Source of the DNA: a virus
Taxonomy: Duplodnaviria; Caudoviricetes
DNA: 26,247 bases
IMG/VR virus record: IMGVR_UViG_3300037755_000418
Coordinates: 1 to 26,247 of that record
Strand: one strand, 5' to 3'
The position numbers and the translations under genes are program-made. Below are positions 16,502 through 25,399 of the stretch, in pieces. Each line of letters starts with the position of its first letter. The first letter of the stretch is position 1. The notes under the pieces are model-generated. The model made no database searches. It saw only the letters and a program-made list of their open reading frames with translations, and was not told the DNA's origin.

Positions 16502-17155
16502 TCAGGTCTCCAGTCTTGTGGCGTGGTGGGCGGGTCCGGTCCAGTCGATGTCCAGCGCCGACCGGTTCTGGCCGACGAACCAGTGGGCGTGGCGGCCGGA
16601 GTCGGATCGGGCTGGGTTGGCGAGCGAGCGGCCGTCAGGGTGGTCGACTAGTGACGGCAGGGTGTGCCAGCAGTCGACGCCGGTGTGCTCGAAGAATCGT
16701 GAGACCCGCCGGTCGTATTGGCGGACCCGGTCAGGGAGACGATCAGCCCAGGCGACCAGGTCGGGAATCACCGACGTCGGGTAGGCGATGGCGACACCCC
16801 AGGGGAGCCGGTCCATCACGACCCATGACGCCCCGGTGCGGCGGGCATCGGCGACGGTCTGGGCGACCTGACGGGCGAACGGTCGACCGGCACCGAGGTA
16901 GATACTGGATGGCGATCCGGTTGGCACCCGTTCGAGAGCCGCTTCGGTGCTGGCGGTCAGGGCTTGGCAGGGGATGGCGTCGTCTTGGATCACGAGATGC
17001 CATTCGGATGCCGGGTTGAATGCGAGCAGGGCTCGGCGGGCGGTGTCCCACACGTTCCGGTGCTCGTCCCAGACGATGTCGGCTCCGACGGTGGCCGCCA
17101 GTGTCTTTGCCGGGCCGGCCCGCCGGGGGTCGGCCATGACCACGGTCGAGATCAT
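16502..17155 (-). CDS. Glycosyltransferase (GT-A fold, resembling actinophage virion glycosyltransferases)
   Basis: 217 aa from ATG 17155 (ATGA overlap). WHLVIQDDAIP, SIYLGAGRP, YDRRV and TLPSLVDHPD segments. Confidence 0.8.
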   Translation of the reverse strand: MISTVVMADPRRAGPAKTLAATVGADIVWDEHRNVWDTARRALLAFNPASEWHLVIQDDAIPCQALTASTEAALERVPTGSPSSIYLGAGRPFARQVAQTVADARRTGASWVVMDRLPWGVAIAYPTSVIPDLVAWADRLPDRVRQYDRRVSRFFEHTGVDCWHTLPSLVDHPDGRSLANPARSDSGRHAHWFVGQNRSALDIDWTGPAHHATRLET

Positions 17156-17670
17156 GGGTGGATCATGACGCCGAGCTGGCCTGCGCATTCGATGGTGGCA
17201 CCCAGGTCGGTCAGCCATGGCACCGAGGCGGGGGTGGCTCGCAGGTCCTCGACGGCGTACACGCCGCCCGCTGTGACGTGGGGCCACAGTCCGGTCCAGC
17301 TGGCGACGTGCTGGTGATGCTGGTGGCCGCCATCGTCGACGACGAGGTCGAAGGGGGCCCATCGGGCGATCAGGTCGGCGAGGACGGCGGGGCTTGCCTG
17401 ATCGCCGAGCACACGGTGGGCTCGTCCGACGTCGACGCCGGGTCGGTCTGTGACGTCCAATCCGATGATCGTTGCCTGGGGCATCCACTCGGACCACATC
17501 CGCAGCGACCCGCCCCGACCTACCCCGATCTCGAGGACGTTCAACGGGTCAAGACGACGCCGGCCGAGCAGCCGCTCGTAGACGGTCGTGTATCCCTTCG
17601 GGGTGTAGCCGCGGATCGGGCGGGTGCCTTTGTCGGTGTGGTGCCGGTGGGCGAGGTCGTCGAGGGTCAC
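17152..17670 (-). CDS. Class I SAM-dependent sugar O-methyltransferase (MycE/OleY/ElmMI-like)
   Basis: 172 aa from GTG 17670. TDK, YTTVYERLL, VLEIGVGRGGSLRMW, GDQ, FDLVVDDGGH and GGVYAVED are the motif series of that family. Confidence 0.85.
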   Translation of the reverse strand: MTLDDLAHRHHTDKGTRPIRGYTPKGYTTVYERLLGRRRLDPLNVLEIGVGRGGSLRMWSEWMPQATIIGLDVTDRPGVDVGRAHRVLGDQASPAVLADLIARWAPFDLVVDDGGHQHHQHVASWTGLWPHVTAGGVYAVEDLRATPASVPWLTDLGATIECAGQLGVMIHP

Positions 17671-18299
17671 CGGTCGATTCCCGCTTCTTTCAGGATCGCC
17701 GACGCGCGGTCTGGGGGGAGTGGTTTGCCGTTCTGCCAGGAGGTGGACAGGTTGTTTCCGTGGACGACCTGGCACCAGGACGGTTCGGTGACGTGGTGGA
17801 TTCGGCGGCCGTGCCGGGCCTTGCCGTGGTCGCCGCCGGTGGTGAGCATCCGTTCCCGCCGGTCGTGAGCGACCGCCAGGAACGGCCCGGACGGATACTT
17901 GCGGGCGGCGACAGTTCCGGCGTGCCAGTCGAGTTGGTAGCCGAAGTCGAACGACACGACCCCACCGGGTGCCACGCTATGCGGGCGGAGTGCGGTCGGC
18001 ATGTAGGCGTCGTCGGAGTCGAGCCGGAACGTGAGGAACCGGGAGGCGTCCGGCCACACCCGATCGTCGGTGACTTGATCCTCCAGGACGACGACCGGAG
18101 TGGGATGGAGAGTGGAGGCGATTTCGGTCACCTGGTCCAGCCTTTCGGGGCACGTCCGCCACACCCAGCAGGCGTCGGATGCGAGCACGGTGGTGGCGGT
18201 GATCCGGCGGAGCATTTCGGCCCGGTCGGTCACCCATCTCCCGGATGGCACCCGGTCCGCCCATCGGATGGCGACTCTTGTGACGACGACGAGCCTCAC
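17667..18299 (-). CDS. Glycosyltransferase, putative rhamnosyl-transferase-like family
   Basis: 210 aa from GTG 18299. VVTR...W..DR, TFRLDSDDAY, GYQLD, GPFLAV and PSWCQVVHGNNLS segments. Confidence 0.75.
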   Translation of the reverse strand: MRLVVVTRVAIRWADRVPSGRWVTDRAEMLRRITATTVLASDACWVWRTCPERLDQVTEIASTLHPTPVVVLEDQVTDDRVWPDASRFLTFRLDSDDAYMPTALRPHSVAPGGVVSFDFGYQLDWHAGTVAARKYPSGPFLAVAHDRRERMLTTGGDHGKARHGRRIHHVTEPSWCQVVHGNNLSTSWQNGKPLPPDRASAILKEAGIDR

Positions 18300-19102
18300 A
18301 GGAGGCGCCTGAGCTTGGACGCTGCGGCCGACACCGCGGTGGCGGTCGCTTGTCGGGGGGCGAGCACATCCGGCCAGCGGTCGGCGGGCACTCGCATGGC
18401 TTTGGCCCACAGGACCCGCCGTTGACGGTGCGCCTGCCGGCGGACACTGGACCTCATTCCCGTGCGGGGGCTTCGGGACATCGATGTGGGCAGTGCGTCA
18501 ACGTGGTAGAGGGGCTCGTCGATCTGTCGGCAGCGGAGATGTAGGGCGGCGAGTCCGACCATCATCGTGTCGAAGCCGACGACGTAGTCGGGGTGGGGAC
18601 CGCCAATCGACCGGAGTGCATCGGCCCGCCACAACGCCACATGGTTCCCGAGGTTTCGGAGCTGCTTTGACGCCTCGTCCAGTCGTGGCGTCTTGACGAC
18701 GACCCGGTCGCCGTCGTGGACGACGACCGGCCCGAACACGACATCGGCAGATCGGGACTGGCTGCGAAGTTTGGCGAGCCGCTGAGGGTCGGACCAGTCG
18801 TCGGCGTCGTGTGGTGTCCACCAGGTCGTTTGTGCGGCGGCGAGGGTGACGGCGTCGGCGAAGTAGCGGCCCCGGTTGGCGGTCAGGTCGAATCGGATGA
18901 GCCGGGGGTCGTCGATGTCGGCCAGCACATGCCAGGGAAACCGGCGGTCTCCGTCGTTGACGACGACCAGTTGAAGCCGGCGGAATGTCTGGCCGAGCAC
19001 CGAATCGACGGCCCGGCGGAGTGTCGCCCCGCACCGGTAGGCGGGCATGGACACGGTGACGAGTGGGGACGGGTGTCCCTCCGTCCCCACTCGTCCGGTC
19101 AC
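18296..19102 (-). CDS. Glycosyltransferase family 2
   Basis: 268 aa from GTG 19102, overlapping the capsid stop. VTVSMPAY, AVDSVLGQT, LVVVNDGD, NRGRY and HDADDWSDPQRL motifs. Confidence 0.92.
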   Translation of the reverse strand: MTGRVGTEGHPSPLVTVSMPAYRCGATLRRAVDSVLGQTFRRLQLVVVNDGDRRFPWHVLADIDDPRLIRFDLTANRGRYFADAVTLAAAQTTWWTPHDADDWSDPQRLAKLRSQSRSADVVFGPVVVHDGDRVVVKTPRLDEASKQLRNLGNHVALWRADALRSIGGPHPDYVVGFDTMMVGLAALHLRCRQIDEPLYHVDALPTSMSRSPRTGMRSSVRRQAHRQRRVLWAKAMRVPADRWPDVLAPRQATATAVSAAASKLRRLL

Positions 19103-20028
19103 GACGTGGCGTCGACGATCTTGACGGCCCGGCGGAGCACCCGCACCGAGTTGGCGTCGGTCGGGTCGACCGGGTCGGTCACGACCGCCGAACCGATGTA
19201 GCTGTTGAGCACCGAGCGGTCCTGCAGGGTCGAGGAGTCGTAGTCCCGGATCGACCGGATGGCCAACCCGTCGAGCACCTGGCTGGAGCCTTCGGCGCCG
19301 GCGGTGGGCACCATCGGCGCCCGGTTTGCCATGACGAACGCCTCCCGGTGAAACGCGTACGCTTCGCCGTCGTCGATGGCGTTCGAGCCGACGACCTGGA
19401 ACCCGGCGATCGGGCGGGCGATGGTGGCCGTCTGGATGGCAGTCGCCGCGTCGGCGCCGCCACCGTCGACCCTCGACACCCGCTCGTCCTGGAGCAGGTC
19501 CGCTTCGATCTGGGCGCCGCACACGAGCACCCGGCCTGAGCGGGGCACGTTGAGGGCGTTCAGTTTGCGGCCGGCGTTGACCACCGACCCGAACGGGTCG
19601 GCCGCGTCCCACTCCTGGGTGTTGGTCGTGGTCGGATAGGTGGCACCGGTGATGGTGGTCGCCAGGTTGTCCTCGAGCCGGTCGACGACGGCCCGCAGCT
19701 GCGGGCGGAGGACCTGTTGCACGAACTCGACGATGTTGAGGGTGAGGGTGGCGTCGGGTGTCGCGACCGCCGAGTACACGTCTTCGGTCAGTTGGACCGC
19801 CACCGGGAACTCGACGACGTCGTCGGTGGTGATGGCAGCGGTCGCTCCGATGGTTCGGGTGCGGGCCGTCATCTTCGCAGGCAGTCGGACGGTGACGGTG
19901 TCCCCGATCTTGCCGGAGAACTCGGCGACGGCGTCTCGCCAGACGAGCATCGGCAGGACGGTGTTGCGGTTGAGTACGCCGAGCACGGCTCGGGCGATCA
20001 CCTGGGGGGTGAGGATGTTGTGGGCCAT
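19099..20028 (-). CDS. Major capsid protein (HK97 fold, P22-coat-like family)
   Basis: 309 aa after the scaffold gene, AGGAGG RBS. LVWRD...EF...GDTVTVRLP, LNALNVPRSGR and IAGFQVVGSN segments. Ends ...IVDATS. Confidence 0.92.
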   Translation of the reverse strand: MAHNILTPQVIARAVLGVLNRNTVLPMLVWRDAVAEFSGKIGDTVTVRLPAKMTARTRTIGATAAITTDDVVEFPVAVQLTEDVYSAVATPDATLTLNIVEFVQQVLRPQLRAVVDRLEDNLATTITGATYPTTTNTQEWDAADPFGSVVNAGRKLNALNVPRSGRVLVCGAQIEADLLQDERVSRVDGGGADAATAIQTATIARPIAGFQVVGSNAIDDGEAYAFHREAFVMANRAPMVPTAGAEGSSQVLDGLAIRSIRDYDSSTLQDRSVLNSYIGSAVVTDPVDPTDANSVRVLRRAVKIVDATS

Positions 20029-20072
20029 GGTTGGCGCCTCCTATCTGGTTCGGTGCCGCCCGGCCGTGCTGC

Positions 20073-20588
20073 TCACAGCGGGCCGATCTGGGCGGCGAGT
20101 TTCAGCGGATCGATCTCCGGTTCCGCTTCGGGGTTGGATCCGCCCCGCAGCTTCTCTTTCGCCTTTTGGCTGGGAGGTTGCTTGACGGGTGGGTTGTCGT
20201 CGGTTCTGAGGCCGAGCGCCTCGATCGCTTCGTCGGCTTCGGCTTCGAGCTCGTCGACGGTGGTGCCGGTCATCCGGGATGCGATGAAGGCGGGCAGCTT
20301 CTTCGCGTGGGCGACCTGCGCCACGAGGGCGTCCCGTTCGGCCTTCTCGGCCCGGGACGTGAGCGCGGCAATCTGCTCTTGGACCTTCTGCATGTCGGAC
20401 TTGGACGAGTCCTGGTCCTTCTTGAGGGCGGCCAGTTCGTCGTCTTTCGCCTTGGCGTCGAGGCGGTACTTCTTGGCTTCTTCGTTGGCCTTGTGGAGCG
20501 CCGCCTGCATCTTCTCGATGTCGTCGGCGGTGGGTCCTGTCGGCTTGGGAGGGTTGTCGCCCGTCACGGGCTTGTCGGCGTCAGCCAT
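20073..20588 (-). CDS. Capsid scaffolding protein
   Basis: 171 aa from MADADKP (GAAAGGA upstream). Charged coiled coil with ANEEAKKYR, GTTVDELEAEAD and LRGG segments. Confidence 0.88.
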   Translation of the reverse strand: MADADKPVTGDNPPKPTGPTADDIEKMQAALHKANEEAKKYRLDAKAKDDELAALKKDQDSSKSDMQKVQEQIAALTSRAEKAERDALVAQVAHAKKLPAFIASRMTGTTVDELEAEADEAIEALGLRTDDNPPVKQPPSQKAKEKLRGGSNPEAEPEIDPLKLAAQIGPL

Positions 20589-20639
20589 CTCGGCTGTCCT
20601 TTCGGTCGTTGCCGACCCCATCACGGGGTCAACGGGGAC

Positions 20640-21251
20640 TCAACGGAACTCTGGTTCGCCGGTGCAGCGGCATCCGTCGTGGGCGGCGAAGGAGACGGAC
20701 TCCTCACCGAACACCGCCCCTCTGACGGCCAGCGACTCACAGAAGGTGCAGGCGTTGCCGGATGTGACCCGCATCCACCCGCCCGATCGGGGATCACGAC
20801 GGGCAGTCTCGACGATGACGGCGCGGCCGCCGGTGAGGGCGTGTCGCTGAGCGGATCGGGCGGTTTCGGTGAGTGCCGTCCTGGTCGCCGCTTCGATGGA
20901 GGCGGACCGTCGGATTGCCCGTTCGATGCGGACGGGGCCGGTCACGGCCAGTGACGTGCGGACGGCTTCCTCGACGAGCGGTGGGGCTGCCAGTGTGCCG
21001 GTGAGTGGCACTCCGAGCTCGGCGACCCGGAGCGCCTGGTAGTAGCGGCGGGCCAAGTCGGCGGAGATTCCATGCTGTGTGGAGATCATTCGCACCGCCG
21101 CGTCGATCCACACCGGCGACGTCTCGGCGAGCGCAGTCGGGTCGAGGAGTCGCCACAGGTCCCGCATCTGCACCCCGGTCGCCACTCCCACCCGCACCTG
21201 CGCCAGCCGATGTGTCTCGGTCAACTGGCGGCCCCGGGATGTGGCGGCCAT
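20640..21251 (-). CDS. MuF-like head morphogenesis / capsid maturation protein
   Basis: 203 aa between portal and scaffold, with WMRV...ACTFCESLAVRG...AHDGCRC...P motif. Confidence 0.82.
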   Translation of the reverse strand: MAATSRGRQLTETHRLAQVRVGVATGVQMRDLWRLLDPTALAETSPVWIDAAVRMISTQHGISADLARRYYQALRVAELGVPLTGTLAAPPLVEEAVRTSLAVTGPVRIERAIRRSASIEAATRTALTETARSAQRHALTGGRAVIVETARRDPRSGGWMRVTSGNACTFCESLAVRGAVFGEESVSFAAHDGCRCTGEPEFR

Positions 21252-22609
21252 CAGCCGGCGGGTGGCAGAGCGGAATCGCCGCCGGCCAGTTGAGCGATGA
21301 GCGCTTCAAACCCGCCGTCGTCCATGAGCGCTTTGGCTCGTTCGACGTCCTGTTGGGTCCAGCCGGGGATCTTCTCCCACAGCATCTGCACCGGGACACG
21401 CAGCATTTGGGCGAGTTTGCCGAGGGCGTCGGCGGCCTGGGCGAGCGACCTGATCTCGGTGTCCCGCCACACGACCTGTGCGTCGAACGCCTCGGCCCCT
21501 TCCGAGTCGCCTTGGACGTGGGCGGCGAGCCGGAGGGTCTGCTCCCACGACTCGCCGAACGAGGCTTGCCGTTCCGCGACCTTCGCCGACAAGGACGCCC
21601 GGGCGGCGGCGAGCGCCTCAGCGGACAAGTTGACCATCTGTCCGAGCAGGTTGTCCGGTGGGGTTTGTGACACGGCTGCCAGGTCGCGGATGTCGGACTC
21701 CCGGGCCTTGATGTAGCCGTCGAGGGGCGTTCCGGCGAGCGTCCCAAACTTCGTGTCGGGTGATTCGGACACGAGGATGTCTTCCATGCGGAGACGCAGT
21801 TTTTCGGCGGCGACCGACGTCGTGTTGCCGTCACCGTCGACGGCTGCGGCGGGCATCTCCATTCCGGAGATGGTCCGGACGCTCCACGCCCCGAACCGTT
21901 GCACGACCAAGCGGTCAAACGTGTCCTGGTCGATGCGGGCTGCGAGGGCGATGAGTGGCGATACTTCGCCGGCGGATCGTCCATCGAGGTCGAGTTGGTT
22001 GGCGAAACGGATCACCGGGCAAACCCCGGCGCCGTGGACGTCGAATGTGACGAACTCGGGTGACGTCTGGTCGCCGTCGAAGGTGTACACGGCGTCGGCG
22101 TCATACAGCCGCCACCGCATCTTCTGGCCTCGCAGGTGATCGGCGCGGATGGCGTATTCCGGCCACTCGTCCTCAGCCGGATCTCGATAGAGCGCTATCA
22201 TCCTGCGGGCGGACACACCCCGGATGACAGCTGTGTCCCCGCCGCCCGGCAGCACCGTTGCATAGGCGAGTCCATGAGCGAGCGCTCCTCGGTGGACGGC
22301 CGCCTGTCGTGCGTCGAGGCCGTTGCGTTGCCAGGCAGCCCACCCGGCAGCGTTGTCGGGGTCGTCGGCTCGACGGTACCCGTCGACGTACAGCGCCTGG
22401 GCAACAGCGGTCACGACCAGCGACAGCCACGGCGTCCGAGACCGGTCCTGGAGCTCCCGGTACTCGAGTGTGGACCGGTTGGGCATCCATGGTTTCTCGT
22501 TCTCGCCGCGGTACCAGTTGTCGACCTTGGTCGTCGACCGCCGGTTCGACTGCCATTCGTCGATGTAGAGGCGCAACACTTCGGCGGCTTGGCGGGGAGT
22601 CATCGGCAT
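21251..22609 (-). CDS. Portal protein (SPP1 gp6-like)
   Basis: 452 aa from MPMTPR (GGAGG upstream). TPWLSLVV, WQRNGLD, GVCPVIRF, NLSAEAL and WRDTEIRSLAQAADALGKL segments. Confidence 0.93.
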   Translation of the reverse strand: MPMTPRQAAEVLRLYIDEWQSNRRSTTKVDNWYRGENEKPWMPNRSTLEYRELQDRSRTPWLSLVVTAVAQALYVDGYRRADDPDNAAGWAAWQRNGLDARQAAVHRGALAHGLAYATVLPGGGDTAVIRGVSARRMIALYRDPAEDEWPEYAIRADHLRGQKMRWRLYDADAVYTFDGDQTSPEFVTFDVHGAGVCPVIRFANQLDLDGRSAGEVSPLIALAARIDQDTFDRLVVQRFGAWSVRTISGMEMPAAAVDGDGNTTSVAAEKLRLRMEDILVSESPDTKFGTLAGTPLDGYIKARESDIRDLAAVSQTPPDNLLGQMVNLSAEALAAARASLSAKVAERQASFGESWEQTLRLAAHVQGDSEGAEAFDAQVVWRDTEIRSLAQAADALGKLAQMLRVPVQMLWEKIPGWTQQDVERAKALMDDGGFEALIAQLAGGDSALPPAG

Positions 22610-22622
22610 TGCTTGACCTCCA

Positions 22623-24413
22623 TCACCAGATCTTGCCGGCACGTTTTCCGGTCGCCGAGCTGCGGGCCGACGACACGACCCGGCGGACCATGCGGGCACC
22701 GATCACGCACACGGCGGCGTCGATCTTCAGCGGCGACATCGGGGATTCCTTGCCGATGCCGACGGCATCTCGGTGGGGCCGCCGGCGGGCGTTGCCCATG
22801 TGCCGGCCTGTTGCCGGGTGGCCGTCGTGTGTGAACAGCGCCGGCCGGCCAGCTCGGACGGCCTTGAAGGACTCCTCGATGTCGTCGAGGGTGGCCTCGG
22901 TGGCTTTGGCGAACTCGTAGGCGTGGGATCGCATGTCCCAGGCGACAGCTTGGGGTGGCCTCGACGCAGGGGACGCCCACACTTCCAACCGGTCGCCGTA
23001 CCGGCGGGGCCATTCAGTGAGAGCGAAGGATTCCCATTCCCGGACGTCGGCGAAAAAGGCCTTGACCTGATGGTTGGCGAACGCGAGGGACACCACCCGG
23101 TCGACATCGGCCACGTCGACTGTCGAGTTGGGGTCGTTCTGGTCCGGTTCCCAGACTCCGAGGGTGAACACGTGGCCGTCAGAAATGCGACATCCGACCA
23201 GGGCGGTGGCGTCACGGCTTTTCGAGCCGTCGAAGAACAACACGACCGGGTCGCGAGGCTCGACGGTGACGGAGTGGTCGGTCATCACCGACCACCATTC
23301 CGGTTCGATCCACGCGTCCTGCGCTGCGGTCGGACGGTTCAGGTACTTTCGTCGCGAGTCGTCGGGCCGGGCTTTCGGGGACCAGATCCGGTTCATGATC
23401 GATGTCACGTCGGGCGGCTGGTCGAGTTGTGGTTCGCCGTCGACATGCGGCTTCTTCCAGTCGCAGTCGTCATAGAGGACCTCGAGGGCCGGTCGCAGCG
23501 AGTCGGGAAGCGACATGTCGGTGTCGGGTGGGGCGATTACCGCGTCGTACAGGATCCGGCCTTCTGTCCGGTAGCGGCCTTCTTCTTGGGCGACCCACGC
23601 CTGGTGTGATCCTTCTGCGACCGTTTGACGGCCGGGCACCCACGAGTTGGCTGTTTCGACCATCCGGGACCCGGACTTGGCGAGGTTGTCCTCGAGGGTG
23701 GAGGCCAGTTCGACTCCACCGTTCGTCGGGGTCCACAACTCGGTTTCGTCGGCGACGACCAGCGACGACTCCGCACCCTCAGCAGCGGTCGCTGAAGAGG
23801 TGATGATCTCCAGCGTTCCCTCCGGAACCCGGTAGTACTGGGTCTTGCCCGGGTCCAGGTTGTAGGCGGCGACGATCGGGGACTTCTTCGGAGCGAACGC
23901 TCGCACCATCCGCATCGTGTTTGCCGTCTGCGACTCGGCGGTCGCGGCGATCTGGACGAGTGGCATGTCGACGGGTTTGCCGCGGACACCGCCGGGGATC
24001 CGATCGTCGAAGCAGACGAAGCGGACCGGGGCGAGGAAGTCGATCAGCGCCAGGACCGCGGCAAACGGTGACTTGCCGGTGCCCTTGGCCAGCCTTCGTG
24101 CGCCATGGGTGTAGACCCACCTGCCGTGATCGTCGACGGCGTACCACCAGAGCAAGAACCTTGTTTGACGTCGGGTGAGCCGGAACGGCAGGCCACCTCG
24201 TGGCCCGTTCGGTTGGGTCAGCCCGGTCCACTGTTGTTTCCAGCCGTCGCCCACCCAGACGGCGCCTCGGGTCCAGGCGGCGGCGTGGAATCCGATGGTG
24301 CGAAGTCCCACGTGGGCTGGTACGCAGTCGGCACAGTCGGGGGTGCAGCGGGGGAGCGTGTCGAGGCGGTCAGCTGGTGCGGTCTTGACGGTACTGTTCC
24401 AACCAGGCGACAT
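22623..24413 (-). CDS. terL: Terminase large subunit
   Basis: Walker A RRLAKGTGKS, Walker B VVADETE, nuclease motifs FFDGSKSRDATAL and KIDAAV. Confidence 0.95.
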   Translation of the reverse strand: MSPGWNSTVKTAPADRLDTLPRCTPDCADCVPAHVGLRTIGFHAAAWTRGAVWVGDGWKQQWTGLTQPNGPRGGLPFRLTRRQTRFLLWWYAVDDHGRWVYTHGARRLAKGTGKSPFAAVLALIDFLAPVRFVCFDDRIPGGVRGKPVDMPLVQIAATAESQTANTMRMVRAFAPKKSPIVAAYNLDPGKTQYYRVPEGTLEIITSSATAAEGAESSLVVADETELWTPTNGGVELASTLEDNLAKSGSRMVETANSWVPGRQTVAEGSHQAWVAQEEGRYRTEGRILYDAVIAPPDTDMSLPDSLRPALEVLYDDCDWKKPHVDGEPQLDQPPDVTSIMNRIWSPKARPDDSRRKYLNRPTAAQDAWIEPEWWSVMTDHSVTVEPRDPVVLFFDGSKSRDATALVGCRISDGHVFTLGVWEPDQNDPNSTVDVADVDRVVSLAFANHQVKAFFADVREWESFALTEWPRRYGDRLEVWASPASRPPQAVAWDMRSHAYEFAKATEATLDDIEESFKAVRAGRPALFTHDGHPATGRHMGNARRRPHRDAVGIGKESPMSPLKIDAAVCVIGARMVRRVVSSARSSATGKRAGKIW

Positions 24414-24906
24414 CGGGCACTGCCTCCTGCTCTGTCACCCTTTCGAGCTCGATCCTGACACGCCGGCGGGCGCCTTCCGTGGTGAGGAGCTCGGTGGCGC
24501 CGACCTGCCAGCGTTCGATCAGGGCGGCGGTCATCTTTCCGCCAGAAAGTGACCTCGAGAGGATCTCGGCGAGGACTTTGGCTGTGGCCCAGTCGGACGG
24601 CTGGTAGAAGATGGCCTGTCCCGACTTCTCGAGCGATTCGAACCATTCGCGGGCAGCCGGGTGCCATTCGTTGGGACTGGCGTGGCCGGCGACCACGAGG
24701 GCGATGATCTCCTCGCGTTTGAGACCGTCGGCGACGACGTGGCCGAGGGAGGTGGCGTACGCGATCCACGCCGCCTTCGACGCTCCCCGACCGGAGCGGG
24801 GCGGCTGGGACGGAGATGGGACGGGGACCCGGTCGTTGGCCTCGGCGATCCAGTCGTTGCGGTGGCGGCGGCGCTGGTCCGACCGCTTGGGCACTGGTCC
24901 TCTCAT
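24370..24906 (-). CDS. terS: Terminase small subunit
   Basis: RGPVPKRSDQRRR N-terminus, WHPAAREWFESLEKSGQAIFYQPSDW core and LLTTEGARRRVRIEL, as in actinophage TerS; directly before TerL. Confidence 0.88.
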   Translation of the reverse strand: MRGPVPKRSDQRRRHRNDWIAEANDRVPVPSPSQPPRSGRGASKAAWIAYATSLGHVVADGLKREEIIALVVAGHASPNEWHPAAREWFESLEKSGQAIFYQPSDWATAKVLAEILSRSLSGGKMTAALIERWQVGATELLTTEGARRRVRIELERVTEQEAVPDVAWLEQYRQDRTS

Positions 24907-25373
24907 CGGCCACCGCCGATGGTGGCGCAGGCGGCCGCGAAGTCGCGGACGTCATCTGACCAAAGGCCGTGGCGGTTGACGACCTCGAGGAACTCTTCGA
25001 TGTCGTGGCCCCGGATCCGCAGGATCAAGTCGCCGGTGTCCTCGTCTTCGTCGACGGCGAAGTGGCAGAGCTCGTGGTCTACGAGGGCCCGTCGGGCCGT
25101 GTCGTCGAGGGCGTGCCAAATGTCGCCGGCGAGTTCCATCACGAAGAAGGAGTGATCGACGTCGGGCTCGGCTGTGCCGGCGGCCAGGGCTGTCATGAAA
25201 GCGGAGAGCCCTGACACCTTGCGGGCTTTGGCAGCAACGGCGCGACCTTTGGAGACCGCGGCCGGGGACCGGAACACATAGAGGATCGGAATGCCCAGCA
25301 GGTGCATGTGGTTTTCGGCGATCAGCGGCCCAGCGATTTCGGCGGCGGTGGGGGCTGGCGACCAGGTTGGCAC
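24903..25373 (-). CDS. Putative phage metallopeptidase
   Basis: ALVDHELCH (HExxH) with downstream HDIEEFLEVVNRHGLW. GTG 25373 has GAGGTG upstream; 25382 is the alternative start. Confidence 0.85.
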   Translation of the reverse strand: MPTWSPAPTAAEIAGPLIAENHMHLLGIPILYVFRSPAAVSKGRAVAAKARKVSGLSAFMTALAAGTAEPDVDHSFFVMELAGDIWHALDDTARRALVDHELCHFAVDEDEDTGDLILRIRGHDIEEFLEVVNRHGLWSDDVRDFAAACATIGGGR

Positions 25374-25399
25374 GATATCCACCTCTGGTGATGTCGAAA

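Noticed and set aside
16502-19102. Cassette as a DNA hypermodification or host serotype-conversion system
   Set aside because: No base hydroxylase, kinase or thymidylate-synthase-like gene, no membrane GT or flippase, and it is coupled to the capsid gene. Considered less likely, not excluded.
16502-19612. Track starts at 17497, 17775, 18410 and 19612 for the GT/MTase genes
   Set aside because: Each would overlap the upstream gene by more than 100 bases; family motifs begin right after the 4-nt overlap starts used here.
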